Assembly (NCBI RefSeq): GCF_009914755.1
Contig: NC_060933.1
DNA: 64,000 bases
From: the human T2T-CHM13v2.0 reference genome, Homo sapiens
Reading direction: 5' to 3' (one strand)
The translations under genes and the position numbers were made by a program. Shown here one piece after another: positions 53,901 through 64,000 of this stretch; positions within the stretch are counted from its first letter, which is position 1; each line of letters begins with the position of its first letter. The notes beneath the pieces were generated by a model that had not been told where the DNA came from, ran no database searches, and saw only the letters and a program-made list of their open reading frames with translations.

Positions 53901-56900
53901 TTGAAACACTCTTTTTGTGGAATCTGAAAGTGGATATTTGGATAGCTTTGAGGATTTCGTTGGAAACGGGATTACATATAAAACCTAGAGAGAAGCATTC
54001 TCAGGAACTTCTTTGTGATGTTTGCCTTCAAGTCACAGGACTGAACATTCCCTTTCATAGAGCAGGTTTGAAACACTCTTTCTGTAGTATCTGCAAGCTG
54101 ACGTTTCAAGCGCTTTCAGGCCTATGGTGAGAAAGGAAATATCTTCAAGTAAAAACTAGACAGAAGCATTCTCAGAAACTTATTTGCCATGTGTGTTCTC
54201 AACTAACAGAGTTGAACCTTTGTTTTGATACGGCATTTTGGAAACACTCTTTTTGTAGAATCTGCAGGTGGATATTCGGATAGCTTTGAAGGTTTCGTTG
54301 GAAACGGGAATATCTTCATATAAAATCTTGACGGAAGCATTCTCAGAAACTGCTTTGTGATGTTTTCATTCAAGTCACAGAGTAGAATCTTCCCTGTTAT
54401 ATACCAGGTTTCAGACACTCTTTCTGCACTACCTGGAAGTGGACATTTGCAGCGCTTTGAGGCCTATGATGAAAAAGGAAATATCTTCCCATAAAAACTA
54501 GACAGAAGCATTCTCAGAAACTTGTTTGTGATGTGTGTATTCAACTAACAGAGATGAACCTTTCTTTTTACAGAGCAGTTTTGAAACACTCTTTTTGTGG
54601 AATCTGAAAGTGGATATTTAGATAGCTTTGAGGATTTCGTTGGAAACGGGATTACATATAAAATCTAGAGAGAAGCATTCTCAGGAACTTCTTTGTGATG
54701 TTTGCATTCACGTCACAGAACTGAACATTCCCTTTCATAGAGCATGTTTGAAACACTCTTTCTGTAGTATCTGCAAACGGACATTTCAAACGCTTTCAGG
54801 CCTATGGTGAGAAAGGAAATATCTTCAAATAAAAACTAGACAGAAGCATTCTCAGAAACTTATTTGCGATGTGTGTCCTCAACTAACAGAGTTGAACCTT
54901 TCTTTTGATACAACATTTTGGAAACACTCTTTTTGTGGAATCTGCAAGTGGATATTTGGATAGCTTTGAAGGTTTCGTTGGAAACGGGAATATCTTCATA
55001 TAAAATCAAGACAGAAGCATTCTCAGAAACTTCTCTGTGATGTTTGCATTCAACTCATAGAGTTGAACACTTCCCTTCATACAGCAGGTTTGAAACACTC
55101 TTTTTGTAATATTTGGAAGTGGACATTTGCAGCGCTTTGAGGCCTATGATGAAAAAGGTAATATCTTCCCATAAAAACTAGACAGAAGCATTCTCAGAAA
55201 CTTGTTTGTGATGTGTGTATTCAACTAACAGAGATGAACCTTTCTTTTTACAGAGCAGTTTTGAAACACTCTTTTTGTGGAATCTGAAAGTGGATATTTG
55301 GATAGCTTTGCGGATTTCGTTGGAAACGGGATTACATATAAAATCTAGGGAGAAGCATTCTCAGGAACTTCTTTGTGATGTTTGCATTCAAGTCACAGAA
55401 CTGAACATTCCCTTTCATAGAGCAGGTTTGAAACACTCTTTCTGTAGTATCTGCAAGCGGACGTTTTAAGCGCTTTCAGGCCTGTGGTGAGAAAGGAAAT
55501 ATCTTCAAATAAAAACTAGACAGAAGCATTCTCAGAAACTTATTTGCGATGTGTGTCCTCAACTAACAGAGTTGAACCTTTCTTTTGATACAACATTTTG
55601 GAAACACTCTTTTTGTAGAATCTGCAAGTGGATATTTGGATAGCTTTGAAGGTTTCGTTGGAAACGGGAATATCTTCATATGAAATCAAGACAGAAGCAT
55701 TCTCAGAAACTTCTCTGTGATGTTTGCATTCAACTCATAGAGTTGAACACTTCTCTTCATACAGCAGGTTTGAAACACTCTTTTTCTAATATTTGGAAGT
55801 GGACATTTGCAGCGCTTTGAGGCCTATGTTGAAAAAGGAAATATCTTCTCCTAAAAACCAGACAGAAGCATTCTCAGAAACTTCCTTGTGATGTGTGTAC
55901 TCAAGTAACAGAGTTGAACCTTCCTTTTGACAGAGCAGTTTTGAAGCACTCTTTTTGTAGAATCTGCAAGTGGATATTTTGATACCATTGAGGATTTCGT
56001 TGGACACGGGATATCTTCATATAAAATCTAGACAGAAGCATTCTCAGAAACTTCTTTGTGCTGTATGTCCTCAATTAACAGAGTTGAACCTTTGTGTGGA
56101 TACAGCATTTTGGAAACATTCCTTTAGTAGAATCTGCAAGTTGATATTTAGATAGCTAGGAAGAGTTCCTTGGAAACGGGAATATCTTCATATAAAATCT
56201 AGACGGAAGCATTCTCAGAAAGTGCTTTGTGATGTTTGCATTCAAGTCACAGAGTTGAATGTTCCCTTTTATAGAGCAGGTTTGAAACACTCTTTCTGCA
56301 CTACCTGGAAGTGGACATTTGGAGCGCTTTGAGGCCTATGTTGAAAAAGGAAATATCTTCCCATAAAAACTAGACAGAAGCATTCTCAGAAACTTGTTTG
56401 TGATGTGTGTATTCAACTAACAGAGATGAACCTTTCTTTTTACAGAGCAGTTTTGAAACACTCTTTTTGTGGAATCTGAAAGTGGATATTTGGATAGCTT
56501 TGAGGATTTCGTTGGAAACGGGATTACATATAAAACCTAGAGAGAAGCATTCTCAGGAACTTCTTTGTGATGTTTGCATTCAAGTCACAGAACTGAACAT
56601 TCCCTTTCATAGAGCAGGTTTGAAACACTCTTTCTGTAGTATCTGCAAGCTGACGTTTCAAGCGCTTTCAGGCCTATGGTGAGAAAGGAAATATCTTCAA
56701 GTAAAAACTAGACAGAAGCATTCTCAGAAACTTATTTGCGATGTGTGTTCTCAACTAACAGAGTTGAACCTTTGTTTTGATATGGCATTTTGGAAACACT
56801 CTTTTTGTAGAATCTGCAGGTGGATATTCGGATAGCTTTGAAGGTTTCGTTGGAAACGGGAATATCTTCATATAAAATCTAGACGGAAGCATTCTCAGAA

Positions 56901-59900
56901 ACTGCTTTGTGATGTTTTCATTCAAGTCACAGAGTAGAATGTTCCCTGTTATATACCAGGTTTGAGACACTCTTTCTGCACTACCTGGAAGTGGACATTT
57001 GCAGCGCTTTGAGGCCTATGATGAAAAAGGAAATATCTTCCCATAAAAACTAGACAGAAGCATTCTCAGAAACTTGTTTGTGATGTGTGTATTCAACTAA
57101 CAGAGATGAACCTTTCTTTTTACAGAGCAGTTTTGAAACACTCTTTTTGTGGAATCTGAAAGTGGATATTTGGATAGCTTTGAGGATTTCGTTGGAAACG
57201 GGATTACATATAAAATCTAGAGAGAAGCATTCTCAGGAACTTCTTTGTGATGTTTGCATTCACGTCACAGAACTGAACATTCCCTTTCATAGAGCATGTT
57301 TGAAACACTCTTTCTGTAGTATCTACAAACGGACATTTCAAACGCTTTCAGGCCTATGGTGAGAAAGGAAATATCTTCAAATAAAAACTAGACAGAAGCA
57401 TTCTCAGAAACTTATTTGCGATGTGTGTCCTCAACTAACAGAGTTGAACCTTTCTTTTGATACAACATTTTGGAAACACTCTTTTTGTAGAATCTGCAAG
57501 TGGATATTTGAATAGCTTTGAAGGTTTCGTTGGAAACGGGAATATCTTCATATAAAATCAAGACAGAAGCATTCTCAGAAACTTCTCTGTGATGTTTGCA
57601 TTCAACTCATAGAGTTGAACACTTCCCTTCATACAGCAGGTTTGAAACACTCTTTTTGTAACATTTGGAAGTGGACATTTGCAGCGCTTTGAGGCCTATG
57701 TTGAAAAAGGAAATATCTTCTCCTAAAAACCAGACAGAAGCATTCTCAGAAACTTCCTTGTGATGTGTGTACTCAAGTAACAGAGTTGAACCTTCCTTTT
57801 GACAGAGCAGTTTTGAAGCACTCTTTTTGTAGAATCTGCAAGTGGATATTTTGATACCTTTGAGGATTTCGTTGGACACGGGATATCTTCATATAAAATC
57901 TAGACAGAAGCATTCTCAGAAACTTCTTTGTGCTGTATGTCCTCAATTAACAGAGTTGAACCTTTGTGTGGATACAGCATTTTGGAAACATTCCTTTAGT
58001 AGAATCTGCAAGTTGATATTTAGATAGCTAGGAAGATTTCCTTGGAAACGGGAATATCTTCATATAAAATCTAGACGGAAGCATTCTCAGAAAGTGCTTT
58101 GTGATGTTTGCATTCAAGTCACAGAGTTGAATATTCCCTTTTATAGAGCAGGTTTGAAACACTCTTTCTGCACTACCTGGAAGTGGACATTTGGAGCGCT
58201 TTGAGGCCTATGTTGAAAAAGGAAATATCTTCCCATAAAAACTAGACAGAAGCATTCTCAGAAACTTGTTTGTGATGTGTGTATTCAACTAACAGAGATG
58301 AACCTTTCTTTTTACAGAGCAGTTTTGAAACACTCTTTTTGTGGAATCTGAAAGTGGATATTTGGATAGCTTTGAGGATTTCGTTGGAAACGGGATTACA
58401 TATAAAACCTAGAGAGAAGCATTCTCAGGAACTTCTTTGTGATGTTTGCCTTCAAGTCACAGGACTGAACATTCCCTTTCATAGAGCAGGTTTGAAACAC
58501 TCTTTCTGTAGTATCTGCAAGCTGACGTTTCAAGCGCTTTCAGGCCTATGGTGAGAAAGGAAATATCTTCAAGTAAAAACTGGACAGAAGCATTCTCAGA
58601 AACTTATTTGCCATGTGTGTTCTCAACTAACAGAGTTGAACCTTTGTTTTGATACGGCATTTTGGAAACACTCTTTTTGTAGAATCTGCAGGTGGATATT
58701 CGGATAGCTTTGAAGGTTTCGTTGGAAACGGGAATATCTTCATATAAAATCTTGACGGAAGCATTCTCAGAAACTGCTTTGTGATGTTTTCATTCAAGTC
58801 ACAGAGTAGAATCTTCCCTGTTATATACCAGGTTTCAGACACTCTTTCTGCACTACCTGGAAGTGGACATTTGCAGCGCTTTGAGGCCTATGATGAAAAA
58901 GGAAATATCTTCCCATAAAAACTAGACAGAAGCATTCTCAGAAACTTGTTTGTGATGTGTGTATTCAACTAACAGAGATGAACCTTTCTTTTTACAGAGC
59001 AGTTTTGAAACACTCTTTTTGTGGAATCTGAAAGTGGATATTTGGATAGCTTTGAGGATTTCGTTGGAAACGGGATTACATATAAAACCTAGAGAGAAGC
59101 ATTCTCAGGAACTTCTTTGTGATGTTTGCATTCAAGTCACAGAACTGAACATTCCCTTTCATAGAGCAGGTTTGAAACACTCTTTCTGTAGTATCTGCAA
59201 GCTGACGTTTCAAGCGCTTTCAGGCCTATGGTGAGAAAGGAAATATCTTCAAGTAAAAACTAGACAGAAGCATTCTCAGAAACTTATTTGCGATGTGTGT
59301 TCTCAACTAACAGAGTTGAACCTTTGTTTTGATATGGCATTTTGGAAACACTCTTTTTGTAGAATCTGCAGGTGGATATTCGGATAGCTTTGAAGGTTTC
59401 GTTGGAAACGGGAATATCTTCATATAAAATCTAGACGGAAGCATTCTCAGAAACTGCTTTGTGATGTTTTCATTCAAGTCACAGAGTAGAATGTTCCCTG
59501 TTATATACCAGGTTTGAGACACTCTTTCTGCACTACCTGGAAGTGGACATTTGCAGCGCTTTGAGGCCTATGATGAAAAAGGAAATATCTTCCCATAAAA
59601 ACTAGACAGAAGCATTCTCAGAAACTTGTTTGTGATGTGTGTATTCAACTAACAGAGATGAACCTTTCTTTTTACAGAGCAGTTTTGAAACACTCTTTTT
59701 GTGGAATCTGAAAGTGGATATTTGGATAGCTTTGAGGATTTCGTTGGAAACGGGATTACATATAAAATCTAGAGAGAAGCATTCTCAGGAACTTCTTTGT
59801 GATGTTTGCATTCACGTCACAGAACTGAACATTCCCTTTCATAGAGCATGTTTGAAACACTCTTTCTGTAGTATCTACAAACGGACATTTCAAACGCTTT

Positions 59901-62900
59901 CAGGCCTATGGTGAGAAAGGAAATATCTTCAAATAAAAACTAGACAGAAGCATTCTCAGAAACTTATTTGCGATGTGTGTCCTCAACTAACAGAGTTGAA
60001 CCTTTCTTTTGATACAACATTTTGGAAACACTCTTTTTGTAGAATCTGCAAGTGGATATTTGAATAGCTTTGAAGGTTTCGTTGGAAACGGGAATATCTT
60101 CATATAAAATCAAGACAGAAGCATTCTCAGAAACTTCTCTGTGATGTTTGCATTCAACTCATAGAGTTGAACACTTCCCTTCATACAGCAGGTTTGAAAC
60201 ACTCTTTTTGTAACATTTGGAAGTGGACATTTGCAGCGCTTTGAGGCCTATGTTGAAAAAGGAAATATCTTCTCCTAAAAACCAGACAGAAGCATTCTCA
60301 GAAACTTCCTTGTGATGTGTGTACTCAAGTAACAGAGTTGAACCTTCCTTTTGACAGAGCAGTTTTGAAGCACTCTTTTTGTAGAATCTGCAAGTGGATA
60401 TTTTGATACCTTTGAGGATTTCGTTGGACACGGGATATCTTCATATAAAATCTAGACAGAAGCATTCTCAGAAACTTCTTTGTGCTGTATGTCCTCAATT
60501 AACAGAGTTGAACCTTTGTGTGGATACAGCATTTTGGAAACATTCCTTTAGTAGAATCTGCAAGTTGATATTTAGATAGCTAGGAAGATTTCCTTGGAAA
60601 CGGGAATATCTTCATATAAAATCTAGACGGAAGCATTCTCAGAAAGTGCTTTGTGATGTTTGCATTCAAGTCACAGAGTTGAATATTCCCTTTTATAGAG
60701 CAGGTTTGAAACACTCTTTCTGCACTACCTGGAAGTGGACATTTGGAGCGCTTTGAGGCCTATGTTGAAAAAGGAAATATCTTCCCATAAAAACTAGACA
60801 GAAGCATTCTCAGAAACTTGTTTGTGATGTGTGTATTCAACTAACAGAGATGAACCTTTCTTTTTACAGAGCAGTTTTGAAACACTCTTTTTGTGGAATC
60901 TGAAAGTGGATATTTGGATAGCTTTGAGGATTTCGTTGGAAACGGGATTACATATAAAACCTAGAGAGAAGCATTCTCAGGAACTTCTTTGTGATGTTTG
61001 CCTTCAAGTCACAGGACTGAACATTCCCTTTCATAGAGCAGGTTTGAAACACTCTTTCTGTAGTATCTGCAAGCTGACGTTTCAAGCGCTTTCAGGCCTA
61101 TGGTGAGAAAGGAAATATCTTCAAGTAAAAACTGGACAGAAGCATTCTCAGAAACTTATTTGCCATGTGTGTTCTCAACTAACAGAGTTGAACCTTTGTT
61201 TTGATACGGCATTTTGGAAACACTCTTTTTGTAGAATCTGCAGGTGGATATTCGGATAGCTTTGAAGGTTTCGTTGGAAACGGGAATATCTTCATATAAA
61301 ATCTTGACGGAAGCATTCTCAGAAACTGCTTTGTGATGTTTTCATTCAAGTCACAGAGTAGAATCTTCCCTGTTATATACCAGGTTTCAGACACTCTTTC
61401 TGCACTACCTGGAAGTGGACATTTGCAGCGCTTTGAGGCCTATGATGAAAAAGGAAATATCTTCCCATAAAAACTAGACAGAAGCATTCTCAGAAACTTG
61501 TTTGTGATGTGTGTATTCAACTAACAGAGATGAACCTTTCTTTTTACAGAGCAGTTTTGAAACACTCTTTTTGTGGAATCTGAAAGTGGATATTTGGATA
61601 GCTTTGAGGATTTCGTTGGAAACGGGATTACATATAAAATCTAGAGAGAAGCATTCTCAGGAACTTCTTTGTGATGTTTGCATTCACGTCACAGAACTGA
61701 ACATTCCCTTTCATAGAGCATGTTTGAAACACTCTTTCTGTAGTATCTGCAAACGGACATTTCAAACGCTTTCAGGCCTATGGTGAGAAAGGAAATATCT
61801 TCAAATAAAAACTAGACAGAAGCATTCTCAGAAACTTATTTGCGATGTGTGTCCTCAACTAACAGAGTTGAACCTTTCTTTTGATACAACATTTTGGAAA
61901 CACTCTTTTTGTGGAATCTGCAAGTGGATATTTGGATAGCTTTGAAGGTTTCGTTGGAAACGGGAATATCTTCATATAAAATCAAGACAGAAGCATTCTC
62001 AGAAACTTCTCTGTGATGTTTGCATTCAACTCATAGAGTTGAACACTTCCCTTCATACAGCAGGTTTGAAACACTCTTTTTCTAATATTTGGAAGTGGAC
62101 TTTTGCAGCGCTTTGAAGCCTATGATGAAAAAGGTAATATCTTCCCATAAAAACTAGAAAGAAGCATTCTCAGAAACTTGTTTGTGATGTGTGTATTCAA
62201 CTAACAGAGATGAACCTTTCTTTTTACAGAGCAGTTTTGAAGCACTCTTTTTGTAGAATCTGCAAGTGGATATTTTGATACCATTGAGGATTTCGTTGGA
62301 CACGGGATATCTTCATATAAAATCTAGACAGAAGCATTCTCAGAAACTTCTTTGTGCTGTATGTCCTCAATTAACAGAGTTGAACCTTTGTGTGGATACA
62401 GCATTTTGGAAACATTCCTTTAGTAGAATCTGCAAGTTGATATTTAGATAGCTAGGAAGAGTTCCTTGGAAACGGGAATATCTTCATATAAAATCTAGAC
62501 GGAAGCATTCTCAGAAAGTGCTTTGTGATGTTTGCATTCAAGTCACAGAGTTGAATGTTCCCTTTTATAGAGCAGGTTTGAAACACTCTTTCTGCACTAC
62601 CTGGAAGTGGACATTTGGAGCGCTTTGAGGCCTATGTTGAAAAAGGAAATATCTTCCCATAAAAACTAGACAGAAGCATTCTCAGAAACTTGTTTGTGAT
62701 GTGTGTATTCAACTAACAGAGATGAACCTTTCTTTTTACAGAGCAGTTTTGAAACACTCTTTTTGTGGAATCTGAAAGTGGATATTTGGATAGCTTTGAG
62801 GATTTCGTTGGAAACGGGATTACATATAAAACCTAGAGAGAAGCATTCTCAGGAACTTCTTTGTGATGTTTGCATTCAAGTCACAGAACTGAACATTCCC

Positions 62901-64000
62901 TTTCATAGAGCAGGTTTGAAACACTCTTTCTGTAGTATCTGCAAGCTGACGTTTCAAGCGCTTTCAGGCCTATGGTGAGAAAGGAAATATCTTCAAGTAA
63001 AAACTAGACAGAAGCATTCTCAGAAACTTATTTGCGATGTGTGTTCTCAACTAACAGAGTTGAACCTTTGTTTTGATATGGCATTTTGGAAACACTCTTT
63101 TTGTAGAATCTGCAGGTGGATATTCGGATAGCTTTGAAGGTTTCGTTGGAAACGGGAATATCTTCATATAAAATCTAGACGGAAGCATTCTCAGAAACTG
63201 CTTTGTGATGTTTTCATTCAAGTCACAGAGTAGAATGTTCCCTGTTATATACCAGGTTTGAGACACTCTTTCTGCACTACCTGGAAGTGGACATTTGCAG
63301 CGCTTTGAGGCCTATGATGAAAAAGGAAATATCTTCCCATAAAAACTAGACAGAAGCATTCTCAGAAACTTGTTTGTGATGTGTGTATTCAACTAACAGA
63401 GATGAACCTTTCTTTTTACAGAGCAGTTTTGAAACACTCTTTTTGTGGAATCTGAAAGTGGATATTTGGATAGCTTTGAGGATTTCGTTGGAAACGGGAT
63501 TACATATAAAATCTAGAGAGAAGCATTCTCAGGAACTTCTTTGTGATGTTTGCATTCACGTCACAGAACTGAACATTCCCTTTCATAGAGCATGTTTGAA
63601 ACACTCTTTCTGTAGTATCTACAAACGGACATTTCAAACGCTTTCAGGCCTATGGTGAGAAAGGAAATATCTTCAAATAAAAACTAGACAGAAGCATTCT
63701 CAGAAACTTATTTGCGATGTGTGTCCTCAACTAACAGAGTTGAACCTTTCTTTTGATACAACATTTTGGAAACACTCTTTTTGTAGAATCTGCAAGTGGA
63801 TATTTGCATAGCTTTGAAGGTTTCGTTGGAAACGGGAATATCTTCATATAAAATCAAGACAGAAGCATTCTCAGAAACTTCTCTGTGATGTTTGCATTCA
63901 ACTCATAGAGTTGAACACTTCCCTTCATACAGCAGGTTTGAAACACTCTTTTTGTAATATTTGGAAGTGGACATTTGCAGCGCTTTGAGGCCTATGTTGA

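Larger units (their letters stand above)
1..64000 (+). repeat. Centromeric alpha-satellite higher-order-repeat array (dimeric SF2-type, CENP-B-box positive)
   Basis: The motif agaagcattctcagaaact/ggaact recurs every 167-171 bp throughout (monomer starts 586, 753, 924, 1095, 1266). CENP-B box monomers (tttcgttggaaacggga) alternate with pJ-alpha/A-box-like monomers (ctatgttgaaaaaggaa, ctatggtgagaaaggaa). Equivalent monomers in different HOR copies are near-identical. Confidence 0.99.

Noticed and set aside
1-64000. CRISPR-like array (conserved agaagcattctcagaaact repeat with intervening sequence)
   Set aside because: The intervening sequences are homologous ~150-bp monomer bodies rather than unique spacers. 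There are no cas genes, and the CENP-B boxes identify alpha satellite.
1-64000. L1/Alu insertion, inversion or non-satellite island
   Set aside because: All trimer-to-trimer distances equal 512+680n (or 1 bp less) and orientation never changes, leaving no room for inserted sequence.
1-64000. Assignment to D2Z1 (680-bp 4-mer), D9Z4, D8Z2, D13Z1/D21Z1 or D15Z3
   Set aside because: Four distinct tetramers plus a trimer (19 monomer positions, 3,232 bp) fit D4Z1 better. The alternatives are not strictly excluded without HMM or BLAST classification.
1-64000. Claim that this window is the kinetochore/CENP-A domain
   Set aside because: That domain is epigenetically defined. Dense CENP-B boxes and homogeneity indicate an active-type array but not the position of the CENP-A or hypomethylated domain.

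Overview
The whole 64 kb window is one uninterrupted, single-orientation array of primate (most likely human) centromeric alpha-satellite DNA. It holds about 376 monomers of ~170 bp, with CENP-B boxes in alternate monomers (dimeric, SF2-like organisation). I see no genes, RNA genes, transposon insertions or inversions; all listed ORFs are by-products of the repeat. The array is built from one 512-bp trimer (T) and four related 680-bp tetramers (A1, A2, B, C). T-A1-A2-B-C gives a 3,232-bp 19-mer, which best fits the chromosome 4 active HOR D4Z1/S2C4H1L (inferred, not database-checked). Only 2 of the 22 complete trimer-to-trimer units are this 19-mer. The rest are 3+4n variants: 11-mer x8, 15-mer x7, 23-mer x3 and 27-mer x2. 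These variants are themselves arranged into larger repeats: a 9,015-bp 23+11+19 super-repeat and a 14,967-bp duplication on the left, then a switch at ~37 kb to a 15/11-mer patchwork with 9,527, 8,848, 4,424 and 2,552-bp offsets. I found no evidence for a novel gene-based system. The interesting signal is the nested duplication and recombination history and the CENP-B box pattern.
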